Shown: positions 18,301 through 27,180, numbered from the stretch's first letter. The stretch is 41,887 bases of DNA from a virus (IMGVR_UViG_3300049781_000046:1-41887); one strand, 5' to 3'. A program made the numbers and translations. The notes: a model not told the origin generated them from the letters alone.

Positions 18301-19162
18301 CCGGTACGTCGACAAGCAGACCGGCCGGCTGTTGGCGGCAGCGAAGAAGCGTGACGCGATCGTCTCCAAGATCGCCGAGGCGAAGAAGTACGCCTCCGAC
18401 CTGACCTCTTCCACGCGCGAGGGCGCGTCCCTGTCGAACCTCGGGCTGGAGCCGGAGCAGGTCTCGGCTGGCAGCATCAAGGCCGGGCTGGCGGGCAAGC
18501 TCGCGCAGATCAAGCAGTTCACCCGGTACATCGACCTCCTCGCCAAGAAGGGCTTGGCCAGGGGCCTGCTGCGGCAGATCCTCAACATGGGCCCGGAGGC
18601 CGGGTACGCCTACGCCTCCGCTCTGGTCGGCGCGGACAAGGGAACCTTCAAGCAGATCAACGCCCTGCAGTCGCAAGTCGACTCGTCGACCACGGCCCTG
18701 GGCAAGTCCGGCGCGGACAAGCTCTACGACAGCGGCCGCAACGCGTCGAAGGGCTTCCTCACCGGCCTCCTCTCTCAGGAGAAGTCGCTGGAAGCGACCA
18801 TGGAACGGCTCGCCAAGTCGATGCAGAAAGCGCTGCGCAAAGCGCTCGGCATCAAGTCGCCGGCCAGGGCGATGATCCCGGACGGCGTCAACACCGTCCG
18901 CGGCGTCGCTCTCGGAATCGAGGCGGGCCTGCCGCACGTCGACCGGGCGATGGACACCGTCGCGGGCCGGATGGCCGGACGCGCGGCTGCCGCACCGGTG
19001 GCCGGCCGGGCGGCCGTCGTGCGTGGCGGCGGCGGGACGATCGTGCAGGTAACGGTGCAGGTCGCGCCAACAGCCGATTCGGTGAGCGTCGGCAAGGCCA
19101 TCCAAAAGACGCTCTTGGAGCTCAAACGGAACAGCGGCGGCGGTCAGCTCGGCCTCGCATAG
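15380..19162 (+). CDS. Tape measure protein
   Basis: 1260 aa, Ala-rich helical; GGPIRGPGTGTSDSI...SNGEY and LGIKSP motifs. Confidence 0.95.
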   Translation: MPSMTFILTGRDQLSRVLDAAGDASSRLARRLEDAARRSTTSVGNFTTDANGRLHDLQGRFVATSSSADLMAGSFGELRKAALLLAPAAIPAAASLAPIAAGAATVAVATAAMTAAIVPQIAALSEAAEAEKKYEDAVAKSGARSEEAIQAHTAYVQTVSKLPPETRKAAASLGVLKDSYKAWSDSLAGDTMAPVTKGLQLANTLLPKTTGLVKATSAEADRFVTIIGGQMASPGLDALNSKFTTFAQRTLRSMNDELVHLLRTSEGGEIGGNAREFMDWARAQGPTVASVLTSVTTALLHVLQAGSDVGVGLLQTVDTVAGLVSAVPPEAIATFLQLALALKVTKAAALGLAAGRTALVAFAAQILAARAASTAAGGGLSGLAAAFGALSRATKVALIGSGIGILVLALSQLSEMGKKTPADVDKLTTSLRGLTDTGKITGEASRVFGKDLSGLADSLQKVTNPKGLDGFQQSLVSFFGTDSTPVKDAKDNINALDTSLANLVKNGQAGLASDALGIITKRMQAQGFSAEEVRAQLDDYKAALADQAFEQKLAAEAMGLFGQQAQDVQAKLDAQKQSADGLRQSIVALNDAQRQGLGGMIGFEASIDAAAKAARDNAGALSMTHGQLDLNSEKARNAASALQDLASKTDEAAGAARESGSSWEAVNGIYSRGRTKLIESAQAMGLSKREASALANQILKIPDKTAKVSMNKEDAQRDLEAFNVAVRKSPGAKSVTLSTLSKTAEQVLEQFGYKVKRLPNGSVTVSAKDKALGVIRSVATAIANLRSKEITITTNKVTRFSTVGSKSAVAPAHRDYATGGPIGFPGGGPIRGPGTGTSDSIPIMASNGEYMINAKSTAKYRSLIEAINEDRLGSGYGMPGAGAAVAAGLASGMSASAGTVNGAARAMAAAVTAGIREELEIASPSKKTTALAKDIGRGLIVGLTGSQAKIKSVSADLVKDIQTAFSGRKESGLVRYVDKQTGRLLAAAKKRDAIVSKIAEAKKYASDLTSSTREGASLSNLGLEPEQVSAGSIKAGLAGKLAQIKQFTRYIDLLAKKGLARGLLRQILNMGPEAGYAYASALVGADKGTFKQINALQSQVDSSTTALGKSGADKLYDSGRNASKGFLTGLLSQEKSLEATMERLAKSMQKALRKALGIKSPARAMIPDGVNTVRGVALGIEAGLPHVDRAMDTVAGRMAGRAAAAPVAGRAAVVRGGGGTIVQVTVQVAPTADSVSVGKAIQKTLLELKRNSGGGQLGLA

Positions 19163-19196
19163 GCGGAGCCGAGGCTGGCGCAGGAGGGGGTGAGTC

Positions 19197-22100
19197 GTGA
19201 CGCGGGTGTGCGTGGAGGCGGCGTTCGGTACGACGCTCCAGGAGGCCGTCCAGTCGGGCGGCACCTGGACGGACCTCACGGCGCGCGTCGACCTGGCCGC
19301 CGGGATTTCGATCACCGGTGGGGCGCAGGACGAGCTGTCGACCATCCAGGTCGGCACGTGCACGCTCACCTTCGACAACGTCGACGGGGCGCTCACCCCG
19401 GAGAACACCGCCTCGCCGTACTCCCCGAACGTGATCGACGGCGTGCCTCTGCGGGTGAGCACCTTCAGTGTGATCACGAACTTCGTGCGCAACCCGTCCT
19501 TCGAGGGCGGCAGCGTCGAGACGTGGGAGTGGCCGGCCGGGGTCGAGGTGACCGCGGTCAGCGGGGCGGTGAAGACCGGCGCGGGCGCGGCCCGTGTCAC
19601 CTGGTCGCCATCCGCCAGCGACTACTTCCAGACCACGCTGTACGGGCTGACGATCGGCAAGGCCTACACCGCGTCCGCGTATGTGCGGGTGCCGGCCGGG
19701 GACGTCGCGGTCAAGCTGCGCGCGGGCGGGCAGGACTCGGCGGCCTCTGCGGTGAACGACGCCTACACCCGTCTGACGGTGTCGTTCACTGCGACGGGTG
19801 CGGTGGCCACGCTGCGGGTCATGCCCAACGCGGCGCCGGCCGCGGGCGACCTCGTGTCCGTGGATGCGGTCATGGTCGAGGAGGCGGCGAGCGCCTCGGC
19901 GCTGAACTACGTCTCCAACGGCTCGTTCGAGTCGGGCACCAGCGGGTGGGCGCTGGGCAGTGACGCGGCGACCTCGTTCGCACAGTCGGCGACCCGGGCG
20001 TGGCAGGGCGCGCAGTCGATGCTGGTCACGTGGGGCGGGTCACTCATCTCGAACCCGACGTTCGAGACGACGCTCTCCCCGTGGACGGCGGGGGGCGGCG
20101 CGAGTGCGGCGCGGGTGAGCACGGTTGCCCAGTCCGGCAGTTGGTCGGCGCAGGTGACGCCCAACGGGGTCACATCCAACCCGCGCATCGAGTCGGAGAA
20201 GGTCACCGTCACACCCGGGGTGTCCTACCGGCCGTATGGATATCTGCGGTGCACGGCCGCTCGCACCCTCGCTCTCAACGTCAACTTCTACGACGCGTCT
20301 GACGTTTACATCTCCACTCTGGGCCTGAGTGCCGGAGTGTCCGCAACGACGTGGACCCTGTTCGACACGACTGTCGTCGCCCCTGCGGGCGCCGCCACGG
20401 CGACGCTCGTCCCCACCATTGGCGGAACGCCACCAGCCACTGACCTGATGCACGCAGATGAGGTGCGGCTGCTGCCCGCCGGCGGCGGCCCGTCCCCGTC
20501 CGTGGGTACTACCGTGACGGCTCTGACCATCGGCGCCACGTACACGGCGAGCGCCTACGTGTGGGTCCCCTCAAGTGGCCGGCCCGTGCAACTCGCGGTG
20601 TCCGGGATCAGCGCCGGAACTGCGTCCGTGCAGACCGGCACCTGGGAGCGGATCACCTACACGTTCACCGCGACCGCGACCTCCCACATCCTCCAGGTCG
20701 TTCCGTCGGGGTATCCGTCGGCGGGGCAGCAGGTGTGGGTGGACGCCGTGCAGCTGCAGGAGGGCAGCAGCGCAACCGCGTGGAACGCCCTGGATGCCGG
20801 GCAGCTGCACACCCGGTTCTGGGGTCTGGTCAACCAGTGGCCCGTGCGCTTCGTGGGCCTGAACTCGAAGGTCACCGTCACGGCGTCCGACGTGCTCAGC
20901 GTCCTCTCACGCGCGGATGAACAGATGCGGCCGATGCTCGTGCAGGAAGTCCTGCTGTGGGGGCCGAACGCCTACTACCCGATGGACGAGGACGGGGACG
21001 CGACCTCGGCCGGTGACGCGTCCGGACTGACCGGCCCGCAGTCACTGGCGATCGGGCAGACCGGGTCCGGGGGCGCCATCGCGTTCGGCGCTGGCGCGGC
21101 CCCGCTGGGCCTGTCCGGCGCCCCGTTGTTCACCCCGGCTTCGGCGTCCGCGGGGAAGTACCTGCGGGCCGCGCTGGGCGCCTCCGCGAACGGCGCCTCG
21201 TTCACCGAGGCGCTGATGGTCGAGGCGTGGTTCTCCACGTCGACGGCGGGCCGCAACATCCTCACCCTTCACTCCGCGGACAACGGCTACATCCTGATCC
21301 TCTACCTGGCCTCGGCGACCGGCTTCCTGACGGTCGATTCGAAGACACCCGGCGTGAGCACCGTGACCACCACCGCGGGTGCGACGAACTTGGCGGACGG
21401 CCAACTGCACCACGTCCTGTACGACGCCGAGTTCCAGGCCCTGTATGTCGACGGCGTCGGCGTCGGCGCGTTCCCCGCGATCCTGGCCATGCAGGACCTG
21501 GCCACGCTCACCGTCGGGGCCAGCCACACCGGCAGCAACCTGTGGAACGGCTCGATCAGCAACGTCGCCGTGTACTTCGACACCTCCATCCCCGCGGCGG
21601 ACATCCTTGAGCACTACACCTGCGGCACCACCGGATTCGCTGGCGAGACCGCCGACGAACGCGCCTTCCGCCTGGTCACCTACACCGGGCTGAACTTCGC
21701 CGACCTCGGCACCTTCAGCACCGGGATCGCCGAGCAGGCCGCGCTGGGCAGCACCTGCCTGACGCACCTGCAGGACGTGGAGCGGACCGAGTCCGGGAAG
21801 CTCTACGCCTCCCGCAGCAACCCGACCGTGGTCCTGCAAGGACGGTCCGTCCGCTACAACCCGACGAGCGCCTTGAGCATCCTGTACGCGGATTTCGAGC
21901 CGGACGATTTCACGCTCGGCTACGACACACAGAAGGTCGCCAACACCCTGACCCTGACCCGGCCGGGCGGGGCAACCCAGCGCATGGTGCACGCGATCTC
22001 GAAGGCGGCACGCGGGCCGATCGGCCGCACCGTGGACACCTTGTGCACGACCGACCTGGTCGTCACCGACCTCGGCAACTGGCTTCTGCAGCGCTACGCC

Positions 22101-22391
22101 AACCCCTCGCTGGAACTGCGAGGGATCCGCATCGAGGCGTACACCATGGGCCTGGGCATCTACCGGGCCCTGATGGCCGTCGACATCTCCACCGCGCTCA
22201 CGGTGACGACCATGCCCAGCCAAGCCCCCTCGTCGTCGATGTCCGCGACCGTCGAGGGCTGGCGCGAGGACATCAGCGAGCAGCAGCACAGCCTCCAGTT
22301 CCTGACGTCCAAGACCGTCGCCGACACGGTGTGGGTGCTGGACGACTCCGTCTACTCCGTCCTCGGGTCCACGACCCGCCTCGCGTACTGA
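19197..22391 (+). CDS. Minor tail/baseplate protein with three carbohydrate-binding-like modules and a LamG/ConA-like domain
   Basis: Three N(P/G)(S/T)FE-starting beta-sandwich repeats; AYYPMDE...DGQLHHV...LYVDG...GSISNVAVY LamG-like region. Confidence 0.85.
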   Translation: MTRVCVEAAFGTTLQEAVQSGGTWTDLTARVDLAAGISITGGAQDELSTIQVGTCTLTFDNVDGALTPENTASPYSPNVIDGVPLRVSTFSVITNFVRNPSFEGGSVETWEWPAGVEVTAVSGAVKTGAGAARVTWSPSASDYFQTTLYGLTIGKAYTASAYVRVPAGDVAVKLRAGGQDSAASAVNDAYTRLTVSFTATGAVATLRVMPNAAPAAGDLVSVDAVMVEEAASASALNYVSNGSFESGTSGWALGSDAATSFAQSATRAWQGAQSMLVTWGGSLISNPTFETTLSPWTAGGGASAARVSTVAQSGSWSAQVTPNGVTSNPRIESEKVTVTPGVSYRPYGYLRCTAARTLALNVNFYDASDVYISTLGLSAGVSATTWTLFDTTVVAPAGAATATLVPTIGGTPPATDLMHADEVRLLPAGGGPSPSVGTTVTALTIGATYTASAYVWVPSSGRPVQLAVSGISAGTASVQTGTWERITYTFTATATSHILQVVPSGYPSAGQQVWVDAVQLQEGSSATAWNALDAGQLHTRFWGLVNQWPVRFVGLNSKVTVTASDVLSVLSRADEQMRPMLVQEVLLWGPNAYYPMDEDGDATSAGDASGLTGPQSLAIGQTGSGGAIAFGAGAAPLGLSGAPLFTPASASAGKYLRAALGASANGASFTEALMVEAWFSTSTAGRNILTLHSADNGYILILYLASATGFLTVDSKTPGVSTVTTTAGATNLADGQLHHVLYDAEFQALYVDGVGVGAFPAILAMQDLATLTVGASHTGSNLWNGSISNVAVYFDTSIPAADILEHYTCGTTGFAGETADERAFRLVTYTGLNFADLGTFSTGIAEQAALGSTCLTHLQDVERTESGKLYASRSNPTVVLQGRSVRYNPTSALSILYADFEPDDFTLGYDTQKVANTLTLTRPGGATQRMVHAISKAARGPIGRTVDTLCTTDLVVTDLGNWLLQRYANPSLELRGIRIEAYTMGLGIYRALMAVDISTALTVTTMPSQAPSSSMSATVEGWREDISEQQHSLQFLTSKTVADTVWVLDDSVYSVLGSTTRLAY

Positions 22392-22403
22392 AAGGGGGAT
22401 GTC

Positions 22404-22880
22404 GTGGCCATCGCCGTCGTGCGCGCCGAAGCGTTCTACCTGCCACCGCCCGACCAGCCCGCCCACGCCTGGGCGCTCATGAAACCGGCGGAGCGGGTCT
22501 TCCACTGGGTCGAACTGCGCCAGCAGCGCCGCCTCGTGCCGCCCAAGGGGGTCGTCCTCGGGCACCGCCTGTACGCGCAGATCAACCACAACCGGTGGAT
22601 TGCCGACTGTCCCTGCGGATCCGCACAGGTCGTCAGCCCCGAGGACCCGCGGATGGCGTGCACCGAGTGCGGCGGCGGCTGGTTCGCCCTCGTCTTCCCC
22701 GCCGACCCGGCGGCCATCGAGGCGGAGCTGGCCGGGCTGCTGCCGCACGAACGCAACTGGTGGAACCCCGAGGACGAGTCGGCCTGGAACCGTCCCCCCG
22801 ACGACGCGCCCGATCCACTCCTCGCCGACCTGGTCGCCGAGTCGGCCACGGCCGCCACTGACGCTGAGGAGGACCGGTGA
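22404..22880 (+). CDS. Hypothetical Cys-motif protein in tail module
   Basis: WIADCPCG...CTECG; RNW motif. Confidence 0.7.
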   Translation: MAIAVVRAEAFYLPPPDQPAHAWALMKPAERVFHWVELRQQRRLVPPKGVVLGHRLYAQINHNRWIADCPCGSAQVVSPEDPRMACTECGGGWFALVFPADPAAIEAELAGLLPHERNWWNPEDESAWNRPPDDAPDPLLADLVAESATAATDAEEDR

Positions 22881-23380
22881 CGTTCGCACCCCGCACCTGG
22901 GTCGTCGGTGAGGTCGTCACCGCCGCCCTGCTCAACCAGGAGATCCGCGACCAGTTCCTGTCCTTCTTCGGGGCCTGGACCTCGGACACGCCGACCTGGA
23001 CCGCCTCAACCACCAACCCGGTCATCGGCAACGGCACCCTCGTCGGCCGCTACCTGAAGGTCGGCCGGACCGTGCACCGCGTCATCGACCTGCTCACCGG
23101 ATCCACCACCACCTACGGTTCCGGGACCTACGCCTTTGCCATGCCGGCCACCGCGGGCAGCGCGACCAACCAGGTCGGGACCGCACAAGCCGTGGGCGGC
23201 GGCGCCCGCTACGCGGGCAACATCCTCATCACCGCCGGCAGTGCCACAAGCGCCTGCTACTTCCCCGACTCCGGACTCGTCCCGGTCTCCCGCCTGTCGA
23301 CCATGTCGCCCACCATCCCGTTCACCTGGGCCTCCGGCTTCCAGATGCGGGCCTGCATCACCTACGAAGCCGCCTCCTGA
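22877..23380 (+). CDS. Minor tail protein
   Basis: PRTWVVGEVVTAALLNQEIRD N-terminus; GNGTLVGRY. Confidence 0.75.
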   Translation: MTFAPRTWVVGEVVTAALLNQEIRDQFLSFFGAWTSDTPTWTASTTNPVIGNGTLVGRYLKVGRTVHRVIDLLTGSTTTYGSGTYAFAMPATAGSATNQVGTAQAVGGGARYAGNILITAGSATSACYFPDSGLVPVSRLSTMSPTIPFTWASGFQMRACITYEAAS

Positions 23381-23390
23381 GAGGAGCACC

Positions 23391-23624
23391 ATGGCCGGGT
23401 TCGCCAGCCAGATCAGCCTCGCCGGATCCCCCATCGTCTACCGCGTCACGATCGGCAACGATGCCGGAGACGCCACCGAGATCTACATCGGCGGCGCATC
23501 CGCCATGCTCCCGACCGAGCGCGTAGAAGCCGCGCTCACCGCCTTCGCTGAGACGCTCGGGCAACCGCCCTTCGTCAACTTCGGCATCGTCCGCATCGCC
23601 ACCGCCGAGACCCCCCTGCAGTAG
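23391..23624 (+). CDS. Hypothetical protein
   Basis: RBS GAGGAG; 77 aa. Confidence 0.65.
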   Translation: MAGFASQISLAGSPIVYRVTIGNDAGDATEIYIGGASAMLPTERVEAALTAFAETLGQPPFVNFGIVRIATAETPLQ

Positions 23625-23678
23625 CCCGCCGCACGCCCCGCGCCGACGGCCGGGGCCTTTCCCATGTCTGGAGGCCCT

Positions 23679-24656
23679 ATGGCCATGCAGGGCCCGCAGA
23701 GATACCCCGGAGCCAGCACCGCCTACTGGTACGGCACGAAGTATCCCGGATCGGCGATGGAGTCGAACGTCATCGTCTGGCACACCACCGAGGGCACCTC
23801 GCTGCCCTCCTACGATGGCGGCGCGCAGGCCCCGAACTTCACGGCGAAGCCCAACTGGGCGGCGCAGAAGCTCGACTGGTACCAGCACTTCGACTTCGAC
23901 GTGTCCTCCCGCGCCCTCGTCAACAAGGCGGGCGGTGTCGAGACGAACACGCTCAACGTGGTGCAGGTGGAGATCGTCGGCACCTGCGATCCCGCCACAC
24001 ACAGCAGGTGGGGTTCGGCGCCGCATCTCTACGCCCCCGAGCTGCCCGACTGGGCGATCCGCGACCTGGCGGCGTTCGCCAAGTGGGCGCACGAGCAGCA
24101 CAACGTGCCCCTGTCGTCCGGCCTCACCTTCAAGGCCTACCCGGGCTCCTACGGCGCCAACGGCGTCCGCATGACGGCGGCCCAGTGGACCAACTTCACC
24201 GGCCACTGCGGGCACCAGCACGTCCCGGAAAACGACCACGGCGACCCGGGCGCGATGCCGATCGCCGCCATCCTCGCCGCCGCCAAGAACGGCACCATCC
24301 AGGAGGACGACGTGGCGCTCACCGACGCCGAAATCAAGAAGATCGCCGCCGCCGTCTGGGCGTCGGACAGCATCCCCGCGGCCCGGCCGCCGGTGAACAA
24401 CACCGACTACTTCGAGGCCGACGGAAAGACCCTCAAGAACACCACCTGGCCCGGCGGCTACGGCCTCCAGACCGCGGTCGAGGGCATCCGGAAAACGCAG
24501 CAGACCCTCGGCCAGGTCGCCGAGACTGTTGACTCCCTCGCCGCGGGCGGCGTCGACCTCGACGCGCTGGCCGCCAAGGTGGCCGCGGCGCCAGGCCTCG
24601 CCGACTCGATCGCGGACAGAGTCGCCGAAAAGCTCGCCGAGCGCCTCGCCGACTAA
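23679..24656 (+). CDS. Endolysin, amidase-type
   Basis: IVWHTTEG...VQVEIVG...GHCGHQHVPENDHGDPG Zn-amidase motifs; RBS GGAGG. Confidence 0.9.
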   Translation: MAMQGPQRYPGASTAYWYGTKYPGSAMESNVIVWHTTEGTSLPSYDGGAQAPNFTAKPNWAAQKLDWYQHFDFDVSSRALVNKAGGVETNTLNVVQVEIVGTCDPATHSRWGSAPHLYAPELPDWAIRDLAAFAKWAHEQHNVPLSSGLTFKAYPGSYGANGVRMTAAQWTNFTGHCGHQHVPENDHGDPGAMPIAAILAAAKNGTIQEDDVALTDAEIKKIAAAVWASDSIPAARPPVNNTDYFEADGKTLKNTTWPGGYGLQTAVEGIRKTQQTLGQVAETVDSLAAGGVDLDALAAKVAAAPGLADSIADRVAEKLAERLAD

Positions 24657-24679
24657 CTCATCAGAGAAACGAGAACGAC

Positions 24680-25060
24680 ATGAAGATATTCGGCAGAGAG
24701 CCCGTGTACCTGCTCGGGTTCATCGCAGCGCTGCTCCAGGCGCTGTCCGTGTTCGGCGTCGACATCTCCGACGGCACCCAGACCGCCATCAACGCCGCCT
24801 CCGCTGCTGCCGTCGGCGTCATCACCGCGATCGTCCTGAAGAACGGCGCCCTCGCTGCGATGCTCGTGCAGTTCGCGCAGGCCGTCATGGCGCTCTGCGT
24901 CGGCCTCGGACTCGACTGGTCCGCCGACCACCAGTCCAAGGTCATGGCCGCGATCGCCGCGCTCGTCACCCTGTGGCTGCGCGAACGCGTCACCGCGCCG
25001 GTGCCCGCCGTGAGCCTCGAACAGTCCAGTCCCGTGAAGGCAGGGCCGGTAGGCGTCTGA
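24680..25060 (+). CDS. Holin (putative, about 4 TM)
   Basis: MKIFGREP start; hydrophobic; follows endolysin. Confidence 0.75.
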   Translation: MKIFGREPVYLLGFIAALLQALSVFGVDISDGTQTAINAASAAAVGVITAIVLKNGALAAMLVQFAQAVMALCVGLGLDWSADHQSKVMAAIAALVTLWLRERVTAPVPAVSLEQSSPVKAGPVGV

Positions 25061-25094
25061 ACAGGTGGAGGGGGTCCGGGCAGAGGAGGGTGCG

Positions 25095-25412
25095 GTGAGT
25101 GAAATCTTCGGCATCAACGCGAGTGACGCCGGACTTGGCGCGCTCCTCACCCTCGTCATCCTGCTGATCCTGACCGGCCGGCTCGTACCCAGACGCACCC
25201 ACGAGGACACCCTTGCCGACCGTGACAACTGGCGGCAGGCATACCTGGAGTCCGAGAAGGCCCGCAAGGTCGAGCACGAACAGACCGGGGAGCTCCTGGA
25301 GATGGCACGGCTCGGCGGCCACATCCTCACCGCACTACCCCACCCGGGGCACGCGGACGAGGAGGTGAGCGGCGGTGATCGCATGGATCAGGCGCCTCGC
25401 ACTCGGACGTGA
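25095..25412 (+). CDS. Single-TM plus coiled-coil lysis-cassette protein
   Basis: LLTLVILLILTGRLVPR followed by a helical region. Confidence 0.7.
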   Translation: MSEIFGINASDAGLGALLTLVILLILTGRLVPRRTHEDTLADRDNWRQAYLESEKARKVEHEQTGELLEMARLGGHILTALPHPGHADEEVSGGDRMDQAPRTRT

Positions 25413-25587
25413 CCACACCGAACAACGGCCCTCCGAGGTGGCCTTGGAACGGGCCATCGCAGCACGCGAGGAAGCCGAAGCGCGGCAGCCGCTCGTCACG
25501 TCCGTAGCCGCGAAACTCCGCCGGGCCCGCGAGGAGAACCACTTCCGCGAGCGGATCGAGGCAGCGTTCAGAGGAGCACCGCAGTGA
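25375..25587 (+). CDS. Hypothetical lysis-cassette protein
   Basis: RBS GGAGG; REENHFRERI motif. Confidence 0.65.
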   Translation: MIAWIRRLALGRDHTEQRPSEVALERAIAAREEAEARQPLVTSVAAKLRRAREENHFRERIEAAFRGAPQ

Positions 25588-25910
25588 GAGAGTTGGGCGT
25601 CGACATGTGGATCAACTTGATCGCGTCGGCGCTGGCCGCGCTGGTCTGCGTCGCATTCGTCGTCATCTACCACGTGAAGACCACCTGGTGGCGGTCCGGC
25701 ACGGGCCGCAACCTGATGGGGCTGCCGGCCGCGATCGGGATGCTTTTCCTGTACACCGTTCTGGTCACCCTGTGGCCTGACGGCTCGTTCGTCGTCGTCA
25801 TGCGGGGCGTGCGCACCCTGATCGCACTGGCGATCAGCGCGCTCATCGCGCAGCGCATCCGCATCCTGCTGCAAGCCCAGCGGGAGTCCCGTGATCGAAC
25901 TGGAGTGTGA
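25584..25910 (+). CDS. Three-TM holin-like membrane protein
   Basis: Three hydrophobic segments; WWRSGTGRNLM. Confidence 0.7.
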   Translation: MRELGVDMWINLIASALAALVCVAFVVIYHVKTTWWRSGTGRNLMGLPAAIGMLFLYTVLVTLWPDGSFVVVMRGVRTLIALAISALIAQRIRILLQAQRESRDRTGV

Positions 25911-25912
25911 GC

Positions 25913-25999
25913 ATGGATGACGAACCCCCGCCCCCGTTCTGGCTGTCGCCGTACCCGTTCCGCGAACCCGACTGGCCACCCGACGACGAGACCGAGTAG
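25913..25999 (+). CDS. 28-aa acidic Pro-rich peptide (tentative)
   Basis: GGAG RBS; MDDEPPPPFWLSPYPFREPDWPPDDETE; ends just before the terminator. Confidence 0.4.
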   Translation: MDDEPPPPFWLSPYPFREPDWPPDDETE

Positions 26000-26002
26000 C
26001 AG

Positions 26003-26035
26003 CGCCCCCACCGCTTCGGCGGTGGGGGCGTTTTC
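26003..26035 (+). terminator. Terminator of the late/lysis operon
   Basis: CGCCCCCACCGC-TTCG-GCGGTGGGGGCG then TTTT. Confidence 0.85.
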
Positions 26036-26041
26036 GCGTGC

Positions 26042-26638
26042 TCAGGCCTCGTTGAGGATCCGGTAGACCGTGGCGCGGCCCACCTTGAACTCCTCCTGCA
26101 GGTCGCTGATGGTGTGGGTCTGAGCGTCGTACAGCTCGCGCATGTGCTTGCGCTGCGCCGGCCCGAGTTTCGGCTTCCCGCCCTTGAGCCGCCCCTTGGC
26201 CTTGGCGACGGCCATGCCCTCCTTGGTGCGCTGGACGAGGAGGTCACGTTCGAACTCAGCGAAGGTCGCAAGGATGTTGAAGAACATCTTGTCCATGGCG
26301 TCGGTCGGGTCGTAGACCTTGCCGGCGAACTCCAGGCGTCCGCCGCAGCCGGTCACCTCGTCGGCGATGTCGTGGAGGTCGCGGATCGAGCGGCCGAGCC
26401 GGTCCAGCTTGGGCACGACGAGCGTGACGGCCGTGTCGGCGGGCGCCGCCTGGCGGGCGCCGTTGATCTGAGCCAGCGCGGTGTTCAGTGCGGGGCGGGC
26501 ACGGTCCTTGCCGGAGAGCCCATGGTCGAGGTGAATGCTCGACTCGGGTACGCGGGCGCCGAGCAAATAGTCGCGCTGAGCGGTGAGGTCTTGCTTGTCA
26601 GTGGAGCAGCGCGCATATCCGATCCGGATGTCGGCCAC
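26042..26638 (-). CDS. Small serine recombinase (resolvase/invertase family)
   Basis: IGYARCSTDKQ, PKLDRLGRS, AEFERDLL, C-terminal HTH VGRATVYR; RBS AAAGGA. Confidence 0.95.
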   Translation of the reverse strand: MADIRIGYARCSTDKQDLTAQRDYLLGARVPESSIHLDHGLSGKDRARPALNTALAQINGARQAAPADTAVTLVVPKLDRLGRSIRDLHDIADEVTGCGGRLEFAGKVYDPTDAMDKMFFNILATFAEFERDLLVQRTKEGMAVAKAKGRLKGGKPKLGPAQRKHMRELYDAQTHTISDLQEEFKVGRATVYRILNEA

Positions 26639-26650
26639 ACAGCATCCTTT

Positions 26651-26777
26651 CGTCTCATGTAGCAGGGGTTCGCTGAGAATCTTAGCGGAACACCTAGATG
26701 AGACGCAGGGACTTGGGGAGACGTCCGGCGGAGGGGGGCCTCGAACTGTCGCAACAGCCGGTCCCCTGATGGACACC
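26651..26777. promoter_or_regulatory. Putative res site (three subsites)
   Basis: Imperfect 55-bp palindrome CGTCTCATGTAG...CTAGATGAGACG with inner CGCTGAGA/TCTTAGCG; TGTCGC...TGGACA at about 26747-26775; upstream of the resolvase. Confidence 0.6.
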
Positions 26778-26854
26778 GAAATGACCGTCCCGTGCCACAC
26801 TGGCCGTGCGCCTAGGAACGCATCGCGCCCGGTTCGGGCAGCAGAAGGCCCGCC

Positions 26855-26884
26855 TCGCATCCCCCGTCGAGGCGGGCCCTTTGC
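26855..26884 (-). terminator. 3' part of terminator hairpin (full stem about 26847-26878) after the small membrane gene
   Basis: GGCCCGCCTCG...CGAGGCGGGCC flanked by AGAA and TTT. Confidence 0.6.
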
Positions 26885-26886
26885 TG

Positions 26887-27180
26887 TCAGCTGGCCTGGT
26901 GTTCTTGCTTCTTCTCCACCCAGAGGTCGCGGACGCTGGTGGTGAGGGTGCCTTCGCTCTGTTCGTAGTGGGAGAGGGCGACGCCGAGGCCGAAGAAGGT
27001 GGGGGCCCATTCGCCGACGAAGATGCCCCAGCGGTCGGCGCGGGCGAGGTCGGCGTGGCCGCCGGGTTCGGTTTTGAGGCTGGTGGCCCAGGTGAAGACG
27101 GACAGGCCGATGGAGACGAGGGCTGCGGTGTAGGCGTGTTCGCTGCGGATGCCCATGTCGTGCAGTCTCTTGATGATCAT
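26887..27180 (-). CDS. Small two-TM membrane protein
   Basis: RBS GGAG; RADRWGIFVGEWAPTFFGLG motif. Confidence 0.8.
   Translation of the reverse strand: MIIKRLHDMGIRSEHAYTAALVSIGLSVFTWATSLKTEPGGHADLARADRWGIFVGEWAPTFFGLGVALSHYEQSEGTLTTSVRDLWVEKKQEHQAS

Noticed and set aside
19197-26777. Gin/Cin-type tail-fibre inversion or diversity-generating retroelement
   Set aside because: No inverted alternative tail segment, second recombination site, reverse transcriptase or TR/VR pair seen by eye
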